This document shows positions 8,670 through 19,000 of a stretch of DNA of 64,000 bases, in pieces. Both the position numbers and the translations under genes were made by a program. This DNA is from Bacteroidia bacterium (lineage in GTDB: Bacteria > Bacteroidota > Bacteroidia > JABEUT01): contig JBKQUY010000025.1 in the NCBI GenBank assembly GCA_052325425.1, positions 1,321-65,320 on the forward strand, read 5' to 3'. The notes under the pieces are model-generated. The model worked only from the letters and a program-made list of their open reading frames with translations, searched no databases and was not told where the DNA came from. Position 1 is the stretch's first letter, and every line of letters starts with the position of its first letter.

Positions 8670-9409
8670 GAACAGAAAACCTTTGCGCCTCTTTCGGGAC
8701 TAACCAGATATTGAAAAATATCAATATTGATATACCTGAAAAAAAGGTGACAGCATTTATGGGGCCATCCGGATGCGGAAAAACAACATTCCTGCGTTGT
8801 ATCAACCGCATGCATGAATTAACCCCCGATGCAACTGTGCAAGGGAAGATACGCCTTCATTATGAAGATGTTTATAAAATGGAACCTATGACATTGAGAA
8901 GAAGGATAGGTATGGTGTTCCAACGGCCGAACCCCTTTCCTACCATGAGCATTCTTGAAAATGTAATAGCGGGTTTTACACTGAACGGTATAAAAATCAA
9001 GGCTAAAGAAAAGGAAGAAATTGTGCAGGATGCATTAAAAAAGGTAGCCCTGTGGGAAGAAGTGAAAGATAAACTCGATAAACGCGCTACTTCGCTTTCG
9101 GGCGGACAGCAGCAAAGGCTTTGCCTGGCCAGAACAATAGCCATGAAACCGGAAATCGTTTTGCTCGATGAGCCGACATCGGCGCTGGACCCCCTATCAA
9201 CTGCCAAAATTGAAGATTTATTATATGAACTGAAAGGCAATTATACATTGGTAATTGTTACGCATAATATGCAGCAGGCAGCACGTATTAGTGACATGAC
9301 CGCTTTCTTTTACCTGGGCGAATTGCTCGAATATGATGATACAAAAAAAGTATTTACCAACCCTAAAAATGAAAAGACACAGAATTATATTACCGGCAGG
9401 TTCGGATGA
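8651..9409 (+). CDS. pstB: phosphate ABC transporter ATP-binding protein PstB
   Basis: Walker A GPSGCGKTT, ABC signature LSGGQQQRL, Walker B LLDEPTSALD. Confidence 0.9.
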   Translation: MEGTILRTENLCASFGTNQILKNINIDIPEKKVTAFMGPSGCGKTTFLRCINRMHELTPDATVQGKIRLHYEDVYKMEPMTLRRRIGMVFQRPNPFPTMSILENVIAGFTLNGIKIKAKEKEEIVQDALKKVALWEEVKDKLDKRATSLSGGQQQRLCLARTIAMKPEIVLLDEPTSALDPLSTAKIEDLLYELKGNYTLVIVTHNMQQAARISDMTAFFYLGELLEYDDTKKVFTNPKNEKTQNYITGRFG

Positions 9410-9518
9410 GAAATAAATTATAGTTGAAAGTTTGTAAAGTTCATAAAGTCTTAGAACTATACAAACGTTCAGCTTTATGAACTTTACAGACTTTATGAAC
9501 TTTATAAACTAAAATAAT

Positions 9519-10184
9519 ATGGAGCATCTCCAATCGGAATTAGATTCATTAAGGGAAGAATTAACCCAGATGTACACTCTTGTGCATAACCAATTGCATA
9601 AAGCCCATGATGTATTCCTGGAAAACAAAACTTCCCTGGTAAAAGGAATTGCTTCGACTGAGAAACTTGTTAATGCCAAGGAATTGCAGATTGACAGCCG
9701 TTGCGAAACCATACTTGCATTATTCACACCCGTGGCGGTAGATTTACGCTTTGTATTATCTGCCCTTAAAATAAATTCAAATCTTGAACGGATTGCCGAT
9801 ATAGCCGATAACATTTCCCGCATGGTAGTCCATACCAAAGCGAGTTTTGACAAGGCCTTCCTGGAAAAAATTCAAGCTAAACAGGCTTTCGATACAGCAC
9901 TGGAAATGTTTGATACATTGATGCGGGCGTACAAGACTGAAGATACTTTGCTGGCAAGAGATGTTTTTACAAAAGATAAAATTATTGACCAGGTTATGAA
10001 TAATGGCATTGAGATTGCCGAAGAATACTCTAAACAATCACCTGATGCCATTGCACAGGCTATTGCCCTTATAAGCATTATGAAAATGCTTGAAAGGACA
10101 GGGGACCACCTGAAGAATATTGCCGAAGAAATTATTTTTTACGCCGAGGCGAAAGTGCTCAAGCATAAAGGGAAGACCTCTTAA
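9519..10184 (+). CDS. phoU: phosphate transport system regulator PhoU
   Basis: 221 aa two-repeat PhoU architecture, directly downstream of pstB. Confidence 0.85.
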   Translation: MEHLQSELDSLREELTQMYTLVHNQLHKAHDVFLENKTSLVKGIASTEKLVNAKELQIDSRCETILALFTPVAVDLRFVLSALKINSNLERIADIADNISRMVVHTKASFDKAFLEKIQAKQAFDTALEMFDTLMRAYKTEDTLLARDVFTKDKIIDQVMNNGIEIAEEYSKQSPDAIAQAIALISIMKMLERTGDHLKNIAEEIIFYAEAKVLKHKGKTS

Positions 10185-10186
10185 TT

Positions 10187-11239
10187 TTATATGTTTGGGT
10201 GAGAGTAACGCCTCCACTTTTCTATTACTTCTTTCATATCGGCAGGCAGTTCCGATTCAAAATAGACAGTTTCGCCTGATAGAGGGTGCACAAACCCTAA
10301 TGATTGTGCGTGTAAAGCCTGGCGGGGCAAAATGGCAAAACAGTTTTCCACAAACTGAACATATTTACCTATCGCCTGCCCTTTAAGTATTTTATTGCCG
10401 CCATAAACTTCATCATTGAACAATGGATGCCCTATATATGCCATGTGCACCCTTATCTGGTGCGTGCGTCCTGTTTCAAGCCTGCATTCTATGAGGGTAA
10501 CATGCGCAAACCGTTCTATTACCTTGTAGTGCGTTATCGCATTTCTGCCTTTGGAAGGGTCAGTATATGCAGCCATCTTTTTCCTATCCCTTACATCCCT
10601 TCCTATATAGGTAGTTACGGTGCCTTCATCTTCCTTAAAATTACCCCATGCCAGTGCAACGTAACGGCGCTTAACATCTTTCTGGTGGAATGCCTTGGAA
10701 AGTTTATTGAGAGCAATGTCATTTTTGGCTATCACCAATAATCCCGAAGTATTTTTATCAATGCGGTGCACTAACCCCGGCCTCAATTGGTTGAACGGGT
10801 CCTTTTCCGATTTTTTACCTTGCGGAAGATTATCAATATGGTAGGTGAGAGCATTCATAAGCGTTCCTGTAAAATTGCCAACACCGGGATGAACCACCAT
10901 GCCTGCCTTCTTATTAATTATCATGATGTCATTATCCTCGAAAACAATATCGAGCGGTATATTTTCTGGAATTAATTCTATTTCGCGTTTAGGGTAAGGA
11001 AATACTACCGAAATACTGTCCCCCGGCCTTACCTTATAGCTCGATTTGGTTGGCTTTCCGTTAACCAGTACATTGCCCGCATCAATGGCAAACTGAACCT
11101 TTGTGCGGGTTCCGTGGGAGATTTTAAGTAAAATGAATTTATCAATCCGCAAAGGCTCCTGCCCGGGGTCAACCGTAAAATGGAAATGCTCGAACATTTC
11201 CTGGTCTTCATCGGGTATTTCAATAGTGTCAGGTTGCAT
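10187..11239 (-). CDS. rluD: RluA-family 23S rRNA pseudouridine synthase (RluD-like, N-terminal S4 domain)
   Basis: S4-like N-terminus. Catalytic HRIDKNTSGLLV motif. 350 aa. Confidence 0.8.
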   Translation of the reverse strand: MQPDTIEIPDEDQEMFEHFHFTVDPGQEPLRIDKFILLKISHGTRTKVQFAIDAGNVLVNGKPTKSSYKVRPGDSISVVFPYPKREIELIPENIPLDIVFEDNDIMIINKKAGMVVHPGVGNFTGTLMNALTYHIDNLPQGKKSEKDPFNQLRPGLVHRIDKNTSGLLVIAKNDIALNKLSKAFHQKDVKRRYVALAWGNFKEDEGTVTTYIGRDVRDRKKMAAYTDPSKGRNAITHYKVIERFAHVTLIECRLETGRTHQIRVHMAYIGHPLFNDEVYGGNKILKGQAIGKYVQFVENCFAILPRQALHAQSLGFVHPLSGETVYFESELPADMKEVIEKWRRYSHPNI

Positions 11240-11261
11240 ATTATGGGATTAAATTTAAGCA

Positions 11262-11300
11262 AAATAAAAAAGTCCCGCAAGCTTTGCGGGACTCTTTTAT
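11262..11300 (-). terminator. rho-independent terminator (bidirectional shape)
   Basis: aaaaaaGTCCCGCAAgctTTGCGGGACtcttttatt. GC hairpin flanked by an A-run upstream and a T-run downstream. Lies after the 11317..11544 gene. Confidence 0.7.
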
Positions 11301-11316
11301 TGTTCATTGAGCTGAA

Positions 11317-11544
11317 TTACTTCTTGGTAGTATCCTTCATGGTACTATCCTTTGGCATAGCAGCTTTAATAGAATCTGCCTTATGCTGCGCGGCCATAGT
11401 GGCAGCGGCTTGTACTTTGTTCAATGAATCCTGCTTAAGGGAATCCTGCATGTGTGCTTTCCTTTCCTTTTCAGCAGCGCTTGGGCCACAAGCAACAAAT
11501 GCAAATGCACCTGCGATAGCAATAATAGTTACTACTTTTTTCAT
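11317..11544 (-). CDS. small secreted lipoprotein, Lys/Ala/Asp-rich, unknown function
   Basis: MKKVVTIIAIAGAFAFVACG lipoprotein signal. The ORF-track start has 12 extra residues. ATG at 11544 is preferred. Confidence 0.55.
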   Translation of the reverse strand: MKKVVTIIAIAGAFAFVACGPSAAEKERKAHMQDSLKQDSLNKVQAAATMAAQHKADSIKAAMPKDSTMKDTTKK

Positions 11545-11731
11545 CTTCGTGTTGGTTTGATGGATTAAAATTGGCTGCAAATGTATAATTATTTTTGTTA
11601 TACAAACAAAATGTGCATTTTTTTCAAAAAAATATGGCTTTAATCAGGTATGTAAAATCATGAAAAATGTCATGAGTTATAAATTAAATGAAAATATGGT
11701 ATTTGTCTTTTCACTTATAACTCTTTTGCCC

Positions 11732-13753
11732 TTACTTGTCCGTTATTATAAACTCAGTTCTCCGGTTTTTCTGCCTGCCTTCCTCTGAATCATTACTTGC
11801 AACAGGGTTTGCCGCCCCTTGCCCCTCAAAGCTAAGTCTCGATGGGTCTATGCCACCCTGTTGCAGGGTTTGCATCACGGTATATGCCCTGTCCTTGGAC
11901 AGGGCAAGATTATCTTTATCATTACCCACATTGTCAGTATAGCCTACAATCTTAATTTTTATGGAAGGGTTGGCTTTTAAAAACTTAGTGAATTCATCAA
12001 TAACCCCAATAGATATTGGCTCCAACTGTGCTGAATTGGTTTTATAATATATATTATTGAGGGTATAATTTGAGCCAACTTCAATCTCTTTCATCTCAAA
12101 ATTCATAGTTGGAGGCTTACCCGCTGAAGTATCCTTAGCGGTAATAGTTGTCGAAGTAAATGCGAATCCGTTTTTATTGGCGCTCACCACATATTCATCT
12201 TTTTTATCAGCGCTTACAATGGCCCTGTATGAGCCATTGATGGTGTCGCTTACCAATGCAACCTGTTCTTTTGTCCGGGTATTTGTAATAGTTACTTGTG
12301 TACCCTGGGCAGGGCTTCCGTCAGGCTCTTTGGCGCTGAAGTCAACCATCTTCACATTTTGCGGACGGGCTTCGTTATATAATGTAAAATGAAAGATATC
12401 ATACCCTCCAACGCCCCTTCCGTTTACCCTGTTTGCGTCATTGGAACAAAAATAACCTGTTTTACCGTCGGTACTCACAAAAAAGCCCAGGTCATCGCCT
12501 GTGCTGTTAATTGGGTAACCAATGTTTTTAGGTTCCCCCCATTTTCCGGTACTGTCGGTTCTTGAGTAGTAAATATCATATCCTCCCAGGCCAAAACGCC
12601 CGTCCGATGAAAAATATAAGGTATGGCTGTCTGAGTGTATAAAAGGGCTTTTATCGTTCCCCGGAGTATTAATTGTTGGCCCCATATTAACGGCACTGCT
12701 CCATTCCCCGGTTTTAGGGTCTTTTGTACTATACCAGATATCAACTTTTCCATATCCTCCTTTACGGTCGCTGGCAAAATAAAGGGTAAGGCCATCAGCA
12801 GAAATTGAGGGTTGCGAGTCCCATGCATCGGGGTCGTTTACCTGCGGGCCCATATTGGTTATTTCGCCCCAGCCTCCTTTTTCAGCGTTACAAAAATATA
12901 TGTCGCAATTTACCGGAGCGCCATTATCGCCTTTGCATATGGTGAAATAAAGCACATTGTCATCAATAGTAATGCTTGGGCCGCCTTCATTTCTTCCCAT
13001 ATTGAAAGGAGGCGAAGGCATTTTCTCACCCTCGTTAAATTCCCCATCCTTTCCTCTCTCGCTTTTCATAAAAAACTCTTTTAAATTGTTGTCGGAATCA
13101 AATATCTGGTCCATAGAATTAACCGGCAGTTTACGGGTAAAAAATGCGTACTGGTTATCGGGGGAAATACATGCGAGATATTCATCGTACTTTGTGCATA
13201 ATCCTTTTACCGGGTACGGGTCAAATGGAACAGGGTGGTTATAAATATCAAGGTAAAACTTACCATACTTTATCATTTGTTTGGCTTCGTACAGGTAAGC
13301 ATCATATTTCTTCGAATACTTTTTCTCGTCATCATCTTTAAAATTGAGGAATTTCTGCAGCCAGGTAATTGCATCGGCATATTTTTCCTGTTCATAGTAG
13401 CTGAATCCTATAAAATAATATGGGTCGGAATGATAATGAGGGCATGCCTGTATTACTTTCCGGAAATATTCTACACAGGGGGCAAAAGGTTCATGTCTCA
13501 GGGCTTCTTCTTTCATTAAATCTTCCCCGTACATAAAATTGGCATCAATATAATCGGGTTCCATATCCAAAGCCTGTTTTAAAAAGCCCATCTGCTCCTG
13601 CTGGGTATATTTATGATCCTGGGCTTTTTTTAAAAGCTGTACTGCTTTTTTGTTATCTTCTACCTGGCAACTTGAATCACTTTGGGCACTTACAAAACCT
13701 ATTGCCAATAGCCAACAGCTAATAGCCAATAACGAGGGGATTTTTTTAATCAT
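11732..13753 (-). CDS. OmpA-family protein with TPR and TolB-like WD40 beta-propeller repeats
   Basis: Signal peptide. TPR-like N-terminus. Repeated ...GG.DIY.S... propeller blades. C-terminal OmpA/MotB peptidoglycan-binding motif (GYTDNVGNDKDNLALSKDRAYTV). Confidence 0.75.
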   Translation of the reverse strand: MIKKIPSLLAISCWLLAIGFVSAQSDSSCQVEDNKKAVQLLKKAQDHKYTQQEQMGFLKQALDMEPDYIDANFMYGEDLMKEEALRHEPFAPCVEYFRKVIQACPHYHSDPYYFIGFSYYEQEKYADAITWLQKFLNFKDDDEKKYSKKYDAYLYEAKQMIKYGKFYLDIYNHPVPFDPYPVKGLCTKYDEYLACISPDNQYAFFTRKLPVNSMDQIFDSDNNLKEFFMKSERGKDGEFNEGEKMPSPPFNMGRNEGGPSITIDDNVLYFTICKGDNGAPVNCDIYFCNAEKGGWGEITNMGPQVNDPDAWDSQPSISADGLTLYFASDRKGGYGKVDIWYSTKDPKTGEWSSAVNMGPTINTPGNDKSPFIHSDSHTLYFSSDGRFGLGGYDIYYSRTDSTGKWGEPKNIGYPINSTGDDLGFFVSTDGKTGYFCSNDANRVNGRGVGGYDIFHFTLYNEARPQNVKMVDFSAKEPDGSPAQGTQVTITNTRTKEQVALVSDTINGSYRAIVSADKKDEYVVSANKNGFAFTSTTITAKDTSAGKPPTMNFEMKEIEVGSNYTLNNIYYKTNSAQLEPISIGVIDEFTKFLKANPSIKIKIVGYTDNVGNDKDNLALSKDRAYTVMQTLQQGGIDPSRLSFEGQGAANPVASNDSEEGRQKNRRTEFIITDK

Positions 13754-14355
13754 ATAATCCCTTGTTCAATAAGATGGATAATGTTTTCGATATCTTTATC
13801 TTCCCCTGCCGGGTCATAGGTATCTTTCATGCTATTCCCAAACAGGGTGGCGACAGTTTGCCACATAAAAGCTGAGAGGCTGCCCTTCATTTGTTTCACC
13901 AGGTCATAAGATGTGCTTCCTGTTTGACGGTCAATAAGCTTTATAAGCAACCTTCCCTGTTCCACAGTAAGGCCTTTGAGTTCCTGTTCGTACTGGCCCA
14001 TTAGCTGTTTTTCCATCTGTTTCAGGTATTTTTTCTTTTCGCTCTTATCCGTCAGGGTACTCAGTGCCTGTTCACATTGCTCATAATTAGCCTGTGCCAT
14101 CAAGGCATAAGGATAAACAGTCTTTATATTTTGTTCCAATATATAGTAATTGGCAGCTTCGGTGCAGTTGGCAAATACCCTGTGCCCGCATACAAGCTGT
14201 TCGCTCATATCAACAATACCAACGGTGTCGCCATTAATTATGGTTGCCGGCAAACGGACGCCAAGATACCAGGGGCTTACCTGGGATGAAGATTTCACCT
14301 GGCATATTGCTCCCATGCTTAAGAAGATTCCCCATATTGCAAAAAGACCTTTCAT
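13750..14355 (-). CDS. hypothetical secreted protein (operonic with OmpA/TolB-like gene, 4-nt overlap)
   Basis: Signal peptide MKGLFAIWGIFLSMGAICQ. 201 aa. Confidence 0.5.
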   Translation of the reverse strand: MKGLFAIWGIFLSMGAICQVKSSSQVSPWYLGVRLPATIINGDTVGIVDMSEQLVCGHRVFANCTEAANYYILEQNIKTVYPYALMAQANYEQCEQALSTLTDKSEKKKYLKQMEKQLMGQYEQELKGLTVEQGRLLIKLIDRQTGSTSYDLVKQMKGSLSAFMWQTVATLFGNSMKDTYDPAGEDKDIENIIHLIEQGII

Positions 14356-14643
14356 TTATACTATATACGTTAAATAAAGCAATAATGTTGTAAAATCAAC
14401 TACAAATTTAGGTTAAAATCGAATTAAATGGATAAGTTTTTGAATACAAGAACACGAAATCCGTAAAAAATGTCATTTAGCGTAACATTTCCTCCCCATA
14501 ACGTATAAAAAGCCTGCTTTGACTATTTTACTATATTTGCTCACAGATCATCTGATTTTTTTTAATGAGCTTGTTAATATAAATTTACAATTAAATACAG
14601 ATAATTTATATTTGTGATTCAATTATCAGCGATAGACTAAAAC

Positions 14644-15771
14644 ATGGGACTTTATTTTTTAATATTTCTTACTTCTTTTTTGGTCGCATTTATCTGCACT
14701 CCTCCTTTAATAAGGGTATCGCTCCGCAAGAACCTTACCGATATACCCGGAGACCTTAGAAAGCTTCATACACGCAGTATTCCGACACTGGGCGGTGTAA
14801 TGATTTTTGCAGGAACTATTTTTGCCTATACATTATTGCTGCCTTCCATAATTGACTATTTAAGGAGCGACGGTGAAATTAAAATTGTAATAACCGATTC
14901 AAGTTACCTTATTGCATCCATTTTATTATTGTTTTTTATCGGTGTTAAAGATGATATAATTGGTACCGCGGCTATTTTTAAGCTTCTCGGCCATATTATA
15001 GTTGGCATGATACTGGTATTAATGGGTAACATCCGCATTTCGGGTTTTCATGGGCTTTTTGGCCTTTATACGCTTCCTTACTGGGGTAGCGTATTTTTAT
15101 CTGTTTTTACCTATGTGGTAATAATAAACGCTATCAATTTTATTGATGGCATTGACGGATTAGCGGCAGGCGTGGGCTTTATAGGTTCCGCTGCTTTCGG
15201 AATCTGGTTCGGGTTTGCCCACAGCTATATGATGGCAGCGCTTGCCTTTGCTTTGTGCGGCTCATTAATGGGTTTTCTGATTTACAATTTTTCTCCTGCC
15301 AAAATATTTATGGGCGATTCAGGCTCCCTTATCATAGGGCTTATTTTATGTGTGCTGGGGATAAAACTGATTGAATTTGACCCTGCCCAGTTGCCCCCGT
15401 CTATTGTTGGCATATCAAGGCCGCTTTTTGTTATGAGCGTGTTGGCTTACCCTTTGATAGATGCTTTGCGTATTGTTATTTTAAGAAGCTTAAAAGGCAC
15501 CTCACCGCTTGAAGCTGACCGCAACCATATTCATCACGCCATGCTAGATATGCAGATGAGCCACCGCCAGATTTCTATTTCACTCTATTTATATACCATT
15601 GTAATAATTGTTTCCGCTGTTCTTTTAAAATTCATGGACTCTACCTGGGCATTTGTTGTGGTGGGAGGGTTCGCCTTAATCACTCTCCAGATACCGTTGA
15701 TTATCAGGCTGAGAAAACGGAAAAATAAAACAGGCATTGTTAAAGAAATGGAACGCCACGAAGCCATTTAA
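14644..15771 (+). CDS. MraY/WecA-family polyprenyl-phosphate N-acetylhexosamine-1-phosphate transferase
   Basis: About 10 TM segments. Conserved NAINFIDGIDGLAAG and FMGDSGS motifs of the GT4/MraY-WecA superfamily. Confidence 0.8.
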   Translation: MGLYFLIFLTSFLVAFICTPPLIRVSLRKNLTDIPGDLRKLHTRSIPTLGGVMIFAGTIFAYTLLLPSIIDYLRSDGEIKIVITDSSYLIASILLLFFIGVKDDIIGTAAIFKLLGHIIVGMILVLMGNIRISGFHGLFGLYTLPYWGSVFLSVFTYVVIINAINFIDGIDGLAAGVGFIGSAAFGIWFGFAHSYMMAALAFALCGSLMGFLIYNFSPAKIFMGDSGSLIIGLILCVLGIKLIEFDPAQLPPSIVGISRPLFVMSVLAYPLIDALRIVILRSLKGTSPLEADRNHIHHAMLDMQMSHRQISISLYLYTIVIIVSAVLLKFMDSTWAFVVVGGFALITLQIPLIIRLRKRKNKTGIVKEMERHEAI

Positions 15772-16061
15772 GCCAATATCCATAAATTCATTCAGGAGTA
15801 TTTATTTATAAGGAGCTTACAAATCATTTGTGAGCACAGATATTACATAAAACATTTTAAGATATTTTGCAAGTTATAAAGTTTATACTCAGAGAATCAA
15901 TTGCAAAATTTTCTTACAATGTTAATTTTATTTCAGTAAAAAAAATCATTATGCAAGGAAATTTGAAAATAAAAATATACATTTGGGTTTTTGTCTTTGT
16001 CTAATTACAGAAATCTTAAAAGACCATTAAACTTCAATTATGATATAAAAATACATTCTCA

Positions 16062-19000
16062 ATGAAAAACGATCTGTTTCTTTCCGCATTATCCCGTCAA
16101 ATTAAGACTATTCTTGCTATGACAGGATTTTCTGTTTTTACGTTTTCAATAGCCTGTGCTCAAACCAATGTCTCATACTCATATACAGGCTCACTTCAAA
16201 CATGGACTGTACCTGCAGATGTTACACAAATTACCATTACTGCTTCCGGCGCTGCAGGCGCCTACCTTAGTGGAGGAGGAGGAGGATCCTGTAATGGTGG
16301 AAATGGGGCGGTAATTACTAATGTTACTGTAACTGTTGTTCCGGGACATACATTGAATATTCTTGTGGGCGGACAACCAGCCGCTGGTGGCAATGCTAGT
16401 GGCGGTGGCGGTGGAACTTATATCTGGGATGCTTCTAACACCAGCACACCATTAGTTGTGGCAGGCGGTGGCGGTGGCAGCGGCTATGGAGCGTCTGGTG
16501 GCGCACCCGGTTCCACAACTACTACACCCACTGTAGGTGGTGGCTTGGGCAGCGGTACAGCTGGTACAGGTGGCAACGGCGGCACTGCGGGTAATGGAAC
16601 CGGTTATGCTTGTGCTGGTGCTGGTGGTGCTGGATTTGCCAGCTCAGGAAGCAATGGGGGTACTGGATCATTTGTTAATGCTTCAAGTCCGGCGGCAGGG
16701 GGAGGAATTTGCCCCATTGCCTCTACTACTCCCGGAGCAGGTGGTACGTCAGGATGTAATGGCCAGGCCGGCGGATATGGAGGAGGAGGAGGGGCCTGTT
16801 TTTCCGGTGGCGGCGGTGGCGGCTATAATGGCGGTGCCGGCGGTAATACTTCTAATACTTGGTCAACCGGCGGCGGCGGCGGTGGTGGGTCATGTGTAAA
16901 CGGAGCTAATCCTCCTTCTGGAAGTGTGGCTGCCACAAATACCGGTAATGGTTCCGTAACCATTTCTTATGTTCCTACATGCACTGTAAGCATAAGCCCC
17001 ACATCTGTAACAGTATGCCCCGGGAGTTCGGTAACTTTAACAGCGAGCGGAGGCTCATATTATTCCTGGAATGGCGGATCAACCACTGCAAATGCAAGTA
17101 TAACTGTAACCCCAAATACTACCACTACTTATTCAGTAACAGGGTGGGATGGCTCAGGTTGCAGCGATACTGCCACCCGTACAGTTATAGTAAACCCCGC
17201 TCCCGTAGCTACGTTAACTATGAATCCAAGTTCAATTTGCAGCGGGAGTTCCACTACTCTTTATGCCGGAGAATCAGGAAGCACGGCGGCGCCTTATACT
17301 TATACCTGGCAAGCCACTTCTAATCCCGTTCCCGGCACCAATACTACAAACCAGGCAAGTTATTCAGTCTCGGTTTCACCAACCATTACCGATACATATA
17401 CTTTGACAGTTACTGACAACAATGGATGTTTAGGGAATTCAAATGTTACGATAACAGTATATCCTAACCCGGTTGCTTCTTTATCTGCTTCTCCCAATTC
17501 TATTTGCAATGGAAGCAGTACAACGCTTACTGCCGGAGAATCAGGAGACAATGCTCTTCCTTTATCTTATCAATGGAGTGCCACTGCTAATCCTCCTGCT
17601 TCCAATAATAATGCCAATGTATTCAGTTATACCGTTTCTGTTTCACCAACCACTACTGATGCGTATTCTTTAACTGTTACTGATGCAAATGGCTGCAAAG
17701 ACACGATTTCGACAAAAGTAATTGTAAATGCTTTGCCAACAATAACTATCAGTCCTAATCCGGCATCTATTTGTTCAGGTAGTTCAATTACCTTAACGGC
17801 GAGCGGAGGCTCCTATTATTCATGGAATGGTGGAGGAACCACTTCTACTCCGGGTTTAATTGTAACACCGTCAACTACGACTACTTACACAGTTGAAGGC
17901 TGGAATGGAAATGGCTGTAGCAACACAGTTCAGTCAACAGTAACCGTAAATTCCAATCCATCATTAAGCGTCGGAAGCGGTATCAGCATTTGTACCGGAA
18001 ATTCAGGCAGTCTGTCGGCTTCAGCCACAGGTGGAAAAACTCCGTATAGTTACATGTGGCTGCCCGGTTATATAGCCACATCTTCTCCAAGCGTATCACC
18101 CACCTCAACTACTACTTATTCGGTATATGTTACAGATGCAAACGGTTGTAAAGATAATAATGCCGACAGCACACAGGTAGTAACGGTAAACAGCACTCCG
18201 ACGGTAGCTATTACTCCAAGCCCTTCAAATGCAACAATATGTGCAGGAAGTTCTGCTACGCTCACAGCAAGTGGAGGTGTAACTTATTTATGGAACACAG
18301 GGGCAACCACGTCAAGCATTAGCGTTAGCCCAACAATCAATGCTACATACACAGTTACCGGTACAAATTCTGAAGGATGCAGCAGCACCGCTACGCAATC
18401 TATAACAATAAATTCTTTACCTTCTGTAAGCGCATCGGCCACATCTTTAACTATATGCTACGGTAATTCAACAACATTAACATCAAGCGGAGCAGCGACT
18501 TATGAATGGATTTCGCCATTTGGATTCCTTTCATCTTCACAAGACCAGTCTGTAAGCCCGACAAGTACAACAACTTATACAGTGGTTGGAACAAGCACAC
18601 AGGGCTGTCAAGGTACACAGCAAACAGTAACCATATCAGTTACCCCGCTCCCTGCTGTAACTGTAAATCCATCCCCTGCGACAGTGTGTTTGGGTAATCC
18701 TGTTGCTTTATCTGCAAGCGGATCTGCAAGTTATACATGGTCACCCTCAACAGGTTTAAATGCCACCACAGGGGCGAGCGTTTCAGCTAACCCAACAGCG
18801 GCAACCACCTATACGGTAACCGGTTCAAATTCATGCGGCAGCCATGACACTACAGTTTCAGTAGTACTGGGCTTATTGCCCACTGTAAGCGCTTCTGCTT
18901 CACCTGCAACAATATGCACAGGCAATTCAACTAATTTAACAGCAGGAGGGGCGACAAGTTATACATGGTCTCCGTCATCCGGTTTAAGCGTAACAACAGG

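Noticed and set aside
16537-16899. 120-aa alternative-frame ORF inside the Gly-rich domain of the giant T9SS protein
   Set aside because: It lies in a GC-rich Gly-codon region where other frames stay open. It is nested in a 1458-aa ORF with signal peptide and CTD.
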